IMG/VR virus record: IMGVR_UViG_3300029288_000077
Coordinates: 96,001 to 160,000 of that record
DNA from: a virus
Lineage: Duplodnaviria > Caudoviricetes
Direction: 5' to 3' (one strand)
Length of the DNA: 64,000 bases
A model generated the notes under the pieces. The model had not been told where the DNA came from, did not search any database, and saw nothing but the letters and a program-made list of their open reading frames with translations. A program made the position numbers and the translations under genes. Below, one piece after another: positions 41,756 through 50,068 of this stretch (the stretch's first letter is position 1; every line of letters starts with the position of its first letter).

Positions 41756-41950
41756 CTAAACCTCCTTAATCATTTCCACGGACAGTTCGTAGATAGCGAA
41801 CTCTACATTCCATCCATATTTCTCGTCCAGCTCCTGCTTGAACTTTTCGGCGTCTTCTGCAGTGAAAAAGATCCTGTCGTGTTGCGCCTTGCACAGCTTC
41901 GGCATCGAGCCGTCTGAGCGTCGAGCTGCTACAATAAATGCCTGGTACAT
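41756..41950 (-). CDS. Hypothetical protein
   Basis: ORF with GC3-rich codons. Confidence 0.55.
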   Translation of the reverse strand: MYQAFIVAARRSDGSMPKLCKAQHDRIFFTAEDAEKFKQELDEKYGWNVEFAIYELSVEMIKEV

Positions 41951-41959
41951 AATATCACT

Positions 41960-42790
41960 TCACAGCTCCATCAACTTGGCCTTGACCTGGTTCTCCATGG
42001 CATTCAACTTCTCCAGCACGTTCTCACCAGAGAACTTCAATCTCTCGGCGTAGAACTCCACTTCCTTCTTGGTTTCACGGAAACGTTCGAGAGTGGCTGC
42101 CCAACCCTTGGGGGTGCTGAACTTGTTGTTGTTGATCTCCTCCTGGAAGTTATCCAAACGACGGTTCATGTCTTCCATGAGGCTGTTGTAAATCGCCTTC
42201 TTGGTGTCTTCGGTGTTGATCTGAGGCACCAACACCATGCTGCATCCCTCCAGGGACTTGAGCAGTGCCTCCACCTGCTTGAGTTCCCTGGTGAACTTCT
42301 CATCAGCGTAGTAGATACCGCCGCCTTCACGGACAGTCACAGGCGTCATCTTGTCGATGATGTCCTTGATGATCAAACGCATGTCGTAGGACGTGAGGTT
42401 TTCCTTGAAGGAGTTGTACTTGTCCTTGATGAGATCAAAGGCGCGGTGTGGATGATCACAGGTCAGCAACCCGGTCTTCTGATTGAAAGACATGGTAGCC
42501 GAGTGGTGGTACTGCAGGTCCTGTGCCTTGGGGTCAACCTTTTCATCCACCAACCCCACCAGGTGCTGGTCTTTGTCCTTGGCGATCATACGCACCAAGA
42601 CATGGTGCTGTCCCTGTTGCTGTTTGACCTGACGCACTGCATTGAGGTAGGCTGTGCGGTCGCAGTCCTTGATGTCGTACTTGATGCCCACCTTTTTACA
42701 GGAGGCGAGGAAGTCCACCTTCTTGACCAGGACTTCGCGGATGCTCCACCAGAAGAAGTACCCCATGATCACGAGTCCGTTGGCTGTCAT
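41960..42790 (-). CDS. DUF6744/DUF3150-like protein
   Basis: G.FFWWSI, VREGGGIYY, C-terminal coiled coil; own promoter and AAGGAG RBS. Confidence 0.6.
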   Translation of the reverse strand: MTANGLVIMGYFFWWSIREVLVKKVDFLASCKKVGIKYDIKDCDRTAYLNAVRQVKQQQGQHHVLVRMIAKDKDQHLVGLVDEKVDPKAQDLQYHHSATMSFNQKTGLLTCDHPHRAFDLIKDKYNSFKENLTSYDMRLIIKDIIDKMTPVTVREGGGIYYADEKFTRELKQVEALLKSLEGCSMVLVPQINTEDTKKAIYNSLMEDMNRRLDNFQEEINNNKFSTPKGWAATLERFRETKKEVEFYAERLKFSGENVLEKLNAMENQVKAKLMEL

Positions 42791-42812
42791 GTCTAAATCT
42801 CCTTTCGATCAA

Positions 42813-42841
42813 ATTGTACCACATCTATAATAACGAGTCAA
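42813..42841 (-). promoter_or_regulatory. Repeated sigma70 promoter, copy 3
   Basis: TTGACT-CGTTATTATAGATGTGG-TACAAT. Confidence 0.8.
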
Positions 42842-42862
42842 GTATCTGTCGTTGTGTGCATA

Positions 42863-42901
42863 CGTCCCCAAGGGGATTCGAACCCCTGTACCAAGCTTGA
42901 A
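42863..42901 (-). tRNA. 3' half of tRNA-Glu(UUC), positions 34-73 only
   Basis: TTC-AA-GCTTG-GTAC-AGGGG-TTCGAAT-CCCCT-TGGGGAC-G. No matching 5' half found in the window. Confidence 0.8.
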
Positions 42902-42936
42902 GAGACAAACGCCATTTATGTTGAGAAAAATGATCA

Positions 42937-43506
42937 TTAAACGCACTTTTTGCCATTGCGGATGTGCTTCTTTACTGTTTGAAAACTTACACCAAACATT
43001 TTACTAACTCCTAAAATACTATTATCTTTTATTAATTTCATAAGTTCATTGTGAGTAGGCCAACACACCTTTTGATGGTCTAACTGGCAACATTTAATAG
43101 AACAATAACGGTGTCCGTTTCTTTTCACAGGAAAACTGCAACCACAGTGTTCACACACAGATGTTGTACCTCTCTTGGTGTTTTTCTTGCTGTTCTTTTT
43201 ATTTCTAATCCACTTTGAGTACTCATTTGATTTATCTGAATTAAAATGAATCTCAGAGTGACAATTTGCACACAGTAATTGGCATTTATCTAACTCTTCC
43301 TTCATTGTTTCTAGACTACGTTTTCTCATGTGATGCCAAGAAAATTTTTTATTTAATGGGTCTTTATGGTGAAACACAAGAGCACCTATACATTTATTGT
43401 ACCCACATATTTCGCATTTGCCTCCTTTATACTCTACAGCCATCTCCTTCAAATACACATATCTACGTTTTATGTATTCAGAATTATATTTTTGATCATC
43501 ATTCAT
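42937..43506 (-). CDS. HNH endonuclease with C-terminal Zn-finger and HTH
   Basis: YKGGKCEICGY, FHHKDP, LLCANCHSEIH, CEHC...YCSIKC. Confidence 0.9.
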   Translation of the reverse strand: MNDDQKYNSEYIKRRYVYLKEMAVEYKGGKCEICGYNKCIGALVFHHKDPLNKKFSWHHMRKRSLETMKEELDKCQLLCANCHSEIHFNSDKSNEYSKWIRNKKNSKKNTKRGTTSVCEHCGCSFPVKRNGHRYCSIKCCQLDHQKVCWPTHNELMKLIKDNSILGVSKMFGVSFQTVKKHIRNGKKCV

Positions 43507-43638
43507 GTTTGTTAGGTACCACTTTTCTCAGACAGGGCATCATCTCACTTTCCTACTTTCTTGGCGCGTCGCTTTCGGGCGCGCTTGATGGCCTGAATGA
43601 CTACGTTGATGATGCTCACCCCCATAAATCCACCTTCC

Positions 43639-43803
43639 CTAGAACAACTCAGAATCTGTTCTTGAAAGTAAACATGCAACTATGTAAATACCAGAAAAAA
43701 TGTTGTTAAATGCTCCTCCTCCAGTATATTGTGCCTGACAACTATCCCATCTAATACAGTTGTGACAGTTGTAATGCTCACCATTTTGTAAATAACGATT
43801 CAA
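43639..43803 (-). CDS. 54-aa Cys-containing protein (TTG start), not in the ORF track
   Basis: AAGGAG RBS; CHNCIRWDSC. Confidence 0.35.
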   Translation of the reverse strand: MNRYLQNGEHYNCHNCIRWDSCQAQYTGGGAFNNIFSGIYIVACLLSRTDSELF

Positions 43804-43806
43804 TAT

Positions 43807-44049
43807 CTACTCCTTCATGCTCAAGAAATTGTCATAGAATGACATACGACCACTTACACACTCCTGGAAATTGAAGTAGCACCCGCATGCAGGATCGTAG
43901 TGTTCGCAATCCTTGCAGTCCTTGCTTATTGCCCACTGCAAGAACGCCTGGACCATGGTGGCTGCTCCAATTTCTGCCAGCGTTTGCATGCGCCTGTCCT
44001 GATCGTGAGAGGAACTGTATGACGTGTGCAAGTCTTCCCAGGAAAACAT
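43807..44049 (-). CDS. Small Cys-rich protein
   Basis: CKDCEHYD...C. Confidence 0.5.
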   Translation of the reverse strand: MFSWEDLHTSYSSSHDQDRRMQTLAEIGAATMVQAFLQWAISKDCKDCEHYDPACGCYFNFQECVSGRMSFYDNFLSMKE

Positions 44050-44061
44050 TCCCTTCCCCCT

Positions 44062-44211
44062 TTACTGTTCGCTGCAAAAAACGTTCAGGACGATGAAAGC
44101 AAACGTGTCAAGCACGGCGCTGAAAAAGGACTTACAAAATCCGTGCTTCATATATTTGTGGTAAAGGTACTCACCACGAAAGTTGGCCAAAATTTTGTTG
44201 AAAAAACTCAT
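44062..44211 (-). CDS. Small hypothetical protein
   Basis: ATGA overlap with the upstream chimeric ORF. Confidence 0.4.
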   Translation of the reverse strand: MSFFNKILANFRGEYLYHKYMKHGFCKSFFSAVLDTFAFIVLNVFCSEQ

Positions 44212-44372
44212 GCCAAACCGTTCTCTTTCATGAACTTGACGGTCTTTTCCGCGTCCTGCATCACCTCCTGCACGGCACACACCCCATGCACTCCGTCGTG
44301 TTTGTTGAGCAGCTCGGCCATGGCCTGGTTGAGTTCACTGATGAGAGAGGAAACTTTGTCGAGAACTGGCAT
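44208..44372 (-). CDS. 54-aa chimeric protein sharing its first 20 aa with the AAA ATPase, not in the ORF track
   Basis: MPVLDKVSSLISELNQAMAE-LLNKHDGVHGVCAVQEVMQDAEKTVKFMKENGLA. Confidence 0.7.
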   Translation of the reverse strand: MPVLDKVSSLISELNQAMAELLNKHDGVHGVCAVQEVMQDAEKTVKFMKENGLA

Positions 44373-44476
44373 GTGAACCTCCTAATTGAAAACTTGATCC
44401 TAAGACCATTATACCACAGCTATAATACTCTGTCAAGTATTTCGAACAAACGATGACGTATGGTCATATATGGTAA
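44312..44476. repeat. 165-bp direct repeat, copy B (contains promoter copy 4 at 44408-44436)
   Basis: Matches 39996-40160. Confidence 0.95.
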
Positions 44477-44538
44477 TTAGAACAAGCTAAATGTACGATG
44501 GTTAATTCATCTTTATTTTTCAATGTTTTACTTTCTTT

Positions 44539-45678
44539 GTGCATAAGACTTTCAAATACCGTCTCTATCCAACACATGTGCAGGTCACTTTGCTAAATAC
44601 TACATTAGAAATCTGTCGTCAAGTCTATAATAAAACATTGGGTATGAGAAAATATACTTACGAGACTGAGAAAAAGTCTTTATCTTTGTACGATACTCAC
44701 AACCTATTAACTAAATGGAAAAAGGATAGTGTTCATTGGAACAGTGTTTATTCACAAGTACTAACTAATGTACAAGTCCGAGTCGATTTAGCCTATAAAG
44801 CTTTCTTTCGCAGAGTTAAAGCTAAGCAAACTCCTGGTTTTCCGCGTTTCAAGGGCAAGGGGCGTTATGATAGCTTTACTTTTCCTCAAGCTAGTAATCA
44901 AGGTGCTAAAATCGTTGGAGGTGGTCTTAGACTCAGCAAGATCGGTATTATATCTACAGTCTTTCATCGTCCAGTCCAAGGCAAAATCAAGACGATCACT
45001 ATACGCAAATCATCTACTAACAAGTGGTATGCCTATATCAATGTAGAAATAGATCCTGTACGTTTACCAGCAAATGACTTGGCAGTAGGTATAGATTTAG
45101 GTATAAAGACTTTTGCTGTCTTGTCCAATGGTGAGACTGTACCCAACCCAAGATTTTTCAAGAGATCAGAAAAGAAATTAGCTAAAGTACAACGCAAGTA
45201 TTCAAAGCTTGAAAAAGGATCAAGTAAGAGACGTGCGTATCGTAAAGTCGTAGCACGAGTCTATGAAAAGATTTCAAATCAACGCAAAGATTTTGCTCAT
45301 AAACTTAGCAGAAGTCTCGTTCATCAGTTTGGTACAGTGGTGTTCGAGGATCTCAACATACGAGGCATGATACAAGATGGTCACTTAGCAAAAAGTATCC
45401 ATGACGTAGCTTGGCATCAGCTAGTACAATACACTATCTACAAAGCGGAAGAGGCTGGTAGGAGTGTAATACTAGTAGATCCAAGAAACACGTCGAAAAA
45501 GTGCAGCAGATGTGGTAGCATAAAAGAGGATCTAACGCTTGATGACAGGACTTACATTTGTACGAGGTGTGGCTTGGTCTTAGATCGTGACTTCAACGCA
45601 TCCATAAATATCTTGGCGCTGGGGCTGCAGCGCCGGGGGCGCTGTGCCCCGCGTAGACGTGTAGACCTAAGCACGTAA
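44539..45678 (+). CDS. tnpB: RNA-guided endonuclease TnpB (IS200/IS605 family), no tnpA
   Basis: KYRLYPT, GFPRFK, RuvC GIDLG / FEDL / DRD.NA, Zn finger CSRC..CTRC. Confidence 0.95.
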   Translation: MHKTFKYRLYPTHVQVTLLNTTLEICRQVYNKTLGMRKYTYETEKKSLSLYDTHNLLTKWKKDSVHWNSVYSQVLTNVQVRVDLAYKAFFRRVKAKQTPGFPRFKGKGRYDSFTFPQASNQGAKIVGGGLRLSKIGIISTVFHRPVQGKIKTITIRKSSTNKWYAYINVEIDPVRLPANDLAVGIDLGIKTFAVLSNGETVPNPRFFKRSEKKLAKVQRKYSKLEKGSSKRRAYRKVVARVYEKISNQRKDFAHKLSRSLVHQFGTVVFEDLNIRGMIQDGHLAKSIHDVAWHQLVQYTIYKAEEAGRSVILVDPRNTSKKCSRCGSIKEDLTLDDRTYICTRCGLVLDRDFNASINILALGLQRRGRCAPRRRVDLST

Positions 45679-45705
45679 CAGCCACGAGCACACGATCTTG
45701 AACTT
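45615..45705 (+). ncRNA. 3' part of putative TnpB omegaRNA scaffold plus guide
   Basis: Hairpins GGCGCTG/CAGCGCC, GGGGC/GCCCC, ACGTG/CACGT. Loop GGCTG is complementary to terminal CAGCC(AC) ending at 45685. Confidence 0.6.
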
Positions 45706-45912
45706 TCCATTCACACACTTGGCCCTGATCTTGATTGTGTCTTTGTAGATCTCAACCAGCTTATTGATTAGCTCCGTGGCTTGTGCTTCGGTGTCAAAGC
45801 TACCAGGCAGGATGCAGATTCTGTCAGTTTCTGATGCTGGTGCAGAAGCCTGCACTTCGATTTCGATGTATTTACCTGTAGCTGGGTCGAAGGCTTTGAT
45901 GAACCTGTTCAC
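45667..45912 (-). CDS. Hypothetical protein, probably leaderless; 3' end overlaps the tnpB right end
   Basis: GTG start 7 nt after the TATAAT of promoter copy 5. Confidence 0.55.
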   Translation of the reverse strand: MNRFIKAFDPATGKYIEIEVQASAPASETDRICILPGSFDTEAQATELINKLVEIYKDTIKIRAKCVNGKFKIVCSWLLRA

Positions 45913-45918
45913 AAGTCC

Positions 45919-45947
45919 ATTATACCACAGCTATAATACGCTGTCAA
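45919..45947 (-). promoter_or_regulatory. Repeated sigma70 promoter, copy 5
   Basis: Core identical to copy 2. Confidence 0.9.
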
Positions 45948-45996
45948 GTATTTCAAACAAACGACGACGTATGGTCATGACCATACGTCTGGTAGA

Positions 45997-48348
45997 TTAT
46001 ACTGGTTCTAGTACATCTATCTTTTTGAAATCTGGTGGCAGGCACCCAAGTCTGTACATGATTGGTCGCAGTCTGTTTCCGATTTCCTTATGCAGTTTCT
46101 CAATGTCTTTCAGTAACACCCTATACTGTTCTAGCTCCTCTTCTGAGCTGTTTCCAATCCATTTACGTACTTGGTACCATCCGGCATCATCCCTTGTAAG
46201 TTGCAATCTATACGGTGCTGTGTTTCGGTATCCTATTGTCTCTGTTACCAGTCTTGTGGCCGAATCGATTAGCAGCCTCACATCACTACTAAAAAGGTGT
46301 TTATGGCTTTCAACCCACTTCGACACAAATGACTGATTGGTGCCAGTATTCACCCAAAAGAATTCGTTTTTGATGTCGTAGGAGTTACCATTGTATTGCA
46401 CACCTCCAAGTGACGAAGACTGATTGGAATTATGAAACAGTGACCAGATCACCGCGTCTACTGCAAACTGTCTATACTCAGGGTGTGTGGTGTCTGGGGT
46501 GTTATACTGGTCTTTGTTATTTAGCCACCTTCCCTTCGTCAGTCTTCTGATAGTAAACACTGTCATAGACTGCTCAAAGTTTTCTGGAGTAATAGACCAT
46601 CCATTACTATTTGCATATGGTCCAGACAGTATTTCAGTAAAGTCCCTGTGCTGTACTTCGTTAGCATTAGCCAAAAGATACCCAATGGCATCTTCAGACA
46701 ATCTATTAAGTCTACCTTTTTCCACCACGTTCAGTGCACTTTTCATTGGTGGTCTAACTACCGTGTTCTTAGGTCTATTAATCCACTTATTCAACGGATC
46801 CTTAGCAGGACCAAAACCCTTAGTACCTGTCTTTACCAATGCCCCGTTTTTGTCCCTTTCTAACACATCCAACTCAACTATATCAATGTTGATAGTGTTT
46901 GAATTTTTTCCTTTTACCCACACAGTAAACAATACTGGCCAGTTGTTGGCAATATCGCTGAACTCTGTTGTCTGGAAACCAGAGCCTTTTACAAACTTCC
47001 AGTTACTGAACCAAAATTTTCTGAATGACTCATAGTTTTGCCCAACCAGGAAAGATGCTGGTGTGAAGATGCCCAATACTGTTCCCTCAGGCATGAGTTC
47101 GGTGAGCCTAAACATAAATTGTGGGTATAGATTATTGCAAGTGATCTTTTGATCCTGCATTCTTTCCTGTGTTTTTGTTCCAGTTACCCCTTTGATGGTG
47201 TGTCCGCGTCCGCTGGTATCACCAGCCCACGGCGGATTAATCAACACCGCCCAATTGTGATCATTAGTTAATAGTTCATGGATGCCTTTTGGAATATCAT
47301 CATTCAAAAAGTCTAACTGGAAAATCCTTGCCTTGACCCCGTGTTGAATCATGTTTTCTACATCATATGACATTAGCGTAGATGCAAAAATTTTGCCTGG
47401 TGGGGTTCTGCAGTTCTTTACTAAATTACCTGTTCCAGCACAGCAATCCCAGAAATATATACTATCATAATCCAGGGCTGCTTTCTGTAAGTATGAGTGA
47501 GCCATCAAACACATATCAGGGGGCGTATTTACTTCTCCTGTGTTTCTGCGATCAGAAAGTTCGATTAGTGTATCCTTATATGGCATTATGTTGGAAAGAT
47601 CTTCTGTGGTGATTCTCTTGTAAACACTCCAGAAGTCATTGTACTCTTTGATGTCTTCAATTACTCCTTCGATTGACATCGTTTCGCCATTCCAGGAGAT
47701 TCTTCCATCCTTGCGGAGTTCATACTTGTTTTGTAGATCAAGAAAAAATGCGGATACCAGAATTTGACTGATTAGATCCTTGCTTCCGAGCACCGTTTTC
47801 TTGATCCTGCTGTTCCATTGTCTGTATACATCGCACACGTTCTCTGCATTTACCGTCCTGGTAATTGCGGAATTATCCTCCTGAAAATACGCTTTCATGA
47901 AACAAGATGCTTCGTACTCATCTGTCATACTGTAGATGTGTGGAGTGCTGATCAGTTCTTCTACTGCATCAATGATATCTTGACTTGGGTTGCTTGGTAC
48001 GCTCCAATCCTTTGAGTCATCCTGGATTAGTTGTTCAAATGGCTTTGTTGAGACAATGAATGCTTCATTTTTGTCCGCAATTGACACCTTCTTTGGTACA
48101 CTGAGTGTGCAGTCCTTGTAAATAGATCTTACATAGTGCAATACTTGTGCTGTGCACCTAGACCACTGTTTCTTCATGTTGTAGTCGAACTTGAATTCAA
48201 ATATCACACCACGTACATCATCCACCCCATCGCAATTGTGTACTCTATGCAACATATCAACATTAAGCCATTGGACATAGCAGTCAGTTACTTCTGATTC
48301 AGTCTTGGTATTGAGTAATGATTTCACGAACTTTATGGTTGATCCCAT
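45997..48348 (-). CDS. Fused PD-(D/E)xK nuclease + amino-DNA methyltransferase (Type IIG/IIL-like)
   Basis: CDG...IFEFK...AQVLHY, then TP, WDCCAGTGNL, LDFL, INPPW. Confidence 0.75.
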   Translation of the reverse strand: MGSTIKFVKSLLNTKTESEVTDCYVQWLNVDMLHRVHNCDGVDDVRGVIFEFKFDYNMKKQWSRCTAQVLHYVRSIYKDCTLSVPKKVSIADKNEAFIVSTKPFEQLIQDDSKDWSVPSNPSQDIIDAVEELISTPHIYSMTDEYEASCFMKAYFQEDNSAITRTVNAENVCDVYRQWNSRIKKTVLGSKDLISQILVSAFFLDLQNKYELRKDGRISWNGETMSIEGVIEDIKEYNDFWSVYKRITTEDLSNIMPYKDTLIELSDRRNTGEVNTPPDMCLMAHSYLQKAALDYDSIYFWDCCAGTGNLVKNCRTPPGKIFASTLMSYDVENMIQHGVKARIFQLDFLNDDIPKGIHELLTNDHNWAVLINPPWAGDTSGRGHTIKGVTGTKTQERMQDQKITCNNLYPQFMFRLTELMPEGTVLGIFTPASFLVGQNYESFRKFWFSNWKFVKGSGFQTTEFSDIANNWPVLFTVWVKGKNSNTINIDIVELDVLERDKNGALVKTGTKGFGPAKDPLNKWINRPKNTVVRPPMKSALNVVEKGRLNRLSEDAIGYLLANANEVQHRDFTEILSGPYANSNGWSITPENFEQSMTVFTIRRLTKGRWLNNKDQYNTPDTTHPEYRQFAVDAVIWSLFHNSNQSSSLGGVQYNGNSYDIKNEFFWVNTGTNQSFVSKWVESHKHLFSSDVRLLIDSATRLVTETIGYRNTAPYRLQLTRDDAGWYQVRKWIGNSSEEELEQYRVLLKDIEKLHKEIGNRLRPIMYRLGCLPPDFKKIDVLEPV

Positions 48349-48380
48349 CTTTAACCTCTTATACAGGTAATCACAAACGT

Positions 48381-48647
48381 TTATTGAACCTTCAATCTCT
48401 GTCTAATGTACTTGTTTCTCAGAAGAAAATTTTTCCTGTGTGCCTCTTTCAATTCAAGATCGTATTTTAACCTCTTTTGAGGGTTTGTAAGAATTGAATA
48501 TGCTTTATTCAGCAAAGCCATCTTCTTGACATCACCTGTTTCTTTGTTGTCGGGGTGATAATGCTTGGCAAGAGCAAAATAAGATTGTTTGATGTCTTCA
48601 ATCCTACAATCCTCAGTGACGCAAAGGATTATGTAATAGTTGATCAC
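48381..48647 (-). CDS. Stand-alone DnaJ J-domain protein
   Basis: NYY.IL, AKHYHPD, AYSIL.NP.KR..YD. Confidence 0.9.
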   Translation of the reverse strand: MINYYIILCVTEDCRIEDIKQSYFALAKHYHPDNKETGDVKKMALLNKAYSILTNPQKRLKYDLELKEAHRKNFLLRNKYIRQRLKVQ

Positions 48648-48653
48648 ACCTTA

Positions 48654-48683
48654 ATTTTACTACGACTGTAATAATTTTGTCAA
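48654..48683 (-). promoter_or_regulatory. Repeated sigma70 promoter, copy 6
   Basis: TTGACA-18-TAAAAT with the upstream TTACCATATATGACCATAC box. Confidence 0.75.
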
Positions 48684-49057
48684 GTATTTTCTGTGTATGG
48701 TCATATATGGTAAATGTGAAAGGAAGGAACACCCCAACCTCGTTAATTATTATCTACATGCTTTTCGGATAGCCTGAAGTGTTTGGTCCAGCTTTTATGG
48801 GCTGATCGGTGGCATTGTGCTCGATGATATTAAGAGTGAGTATTATTGGAATCTTCCGTAGTGTTGGGGACACCAATTTCCATAACAGTAAACTCTTCGT
48901 ACCCTTCAGATTGATTTAATAGATGAGCAACTTCAAGTGCCTCACCTCGCGAATTAAATTTTTTAGCCTTGGTGGGGTTGTTCGTCAAGCAGTTTCGCCA
49001 CGGCTCATTTGGATCCCACCTGTTGTTACTATACGTCTAATTACTTGTCCTGTTGAT

Positions 49058-49597
49058 TTAGTCTTCACGATCGGGCTCTGTATCTGTTTCAGGCACTTCA
49101 GATTCTAAATTTTTCACTGCTTCTGCAAAATTCTCAAGATCCTTCATGTACAGTCCATGTCGTTCAATCACGGAGCAGAATTCTTGCACATCGTGTTCTA
49201 TGATAGTGTATTTTGTGTCACCATCTTCAGACTCATCATCTGTTTGAACTAACATATGCGACAGCTCATGGTCGATTACTGCCAATTTTTGAGCATCTGT
49301 TAGTGTCTGCCACACGGGATACGACACAATCAACAAGAAGTCAAAACCTTCAACGTCCACGTCACTCATACCGTTGTTGTACTTAGCGAGTGCGTTTTCT
49401 TTAGGTGAGCACTTCCCGGCAGTAGCTATTACAATCTTCCCGCCTTTCTTTATTTCTTTATTCTTGAATAGATAAGCGATTCTGGCATTTACTAAGTGGG
49501 TGTGAAACTTTGGAATCAGTCTTTTTGCTATTTCTGCTACAGTATCAGCACGATCAAATTGCAGCGGAACATTTTTCACTTGCTTATTATCAGGCAT
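49058..49597 (-). CDS. Putative phage metallopeptidase
   Basis: ARIAYLF, IDHELSH, HDVQEF..VIERHG. Confidence 0.85.
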   Translation of the reverse strand: MPDNKQVKNVPLQFDRADTVAEIAKRLIPKFHTHLVNARIAYLFKNKEIKKGGKIVIATAGKCSPKENALAKYNNGMSDVDVEGFDFLLIVSYPVWQTLTDAQKLAVIDHELSHMLVQTDDESEDGDTKYTIIEHDVQEFCSVIERHGLYMKDLENFAEAVKNLESEVPETDTEPDRED

Positions 49598-49688
49598 GCA
49601 GAACCTCCAGTTTTGCAGAAGTTACCGTGTTTTCATTTGTTGGTCAATGTTCATAAAATATACTTCATTTACTGATCGGTAAAACGGC

Positions 49689-49998
49689 CACCAGTGACAC
49701 TGGTGAGAGGTGACCTCTTACAGGTACAGGTTGCCTAGGTCACCAGGTAACCCGCATCTGGTGCAGGTAGAGGTCGCCAGGTCACCTATGTGAGGTTGCC
49801 TAGGTGCCTAGGTACGGTCGCCAGGCGACCTAAAACTTTTTTAAAAACAAAGATCGAAGAAAGATCCGGAAAAAATGAAGGAAAAAGGGGTTTGGGGGAG
49901 AGGGGAACAACGATGCATGACGCATAAACCCAAGACTAAACTGTATACTGTGTGGCGGCATTCGCCGCCACGTGGTGACTGCGAAGCGCAGTCACCAC
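49689..49998. repeat. Iteron-like AGGT array, AT tract and twin hairpins; candidate replication origin
   Basis: About a dozen AGGT(N)NCC units, then AAAACTTTTTTAAAAAC, a purine tract and two perfect hairpins. Confidence 0.5.
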
Positions 49999-50068
49999 CC
50001 CCACATCTATAGAAATACTTTACCCTGAAAGGAAAGGAAGTACGGCACTCGAAACATGGAGGAATAAC

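Noticed and set aside
42902-43546. Group I intron interpretation
   Set aside because: Only about 40 nt of non-coding sequence per side, no P7 core and no terminal G.
48860-48875. GTCCCCA on the minus strand as the missing tRNA-Glu 5' half
   Set aside because: Following sequence forms no D arm and lacks the CAAGC anticodon strand.
48830-49040. Protein-like minus-strand frame (WDPNEPWRNCLTNNPTKAKKF...)
   Set aside because: In-frame TAG upstream and no clear start or RBS; possibly a remnant, not supportable.
49689-49831. CRISPR mini-array
   Set aside because: Units are 7-9 bp and degenerate, without unique spacers; no cas genes apart from an unrelated tnpB.
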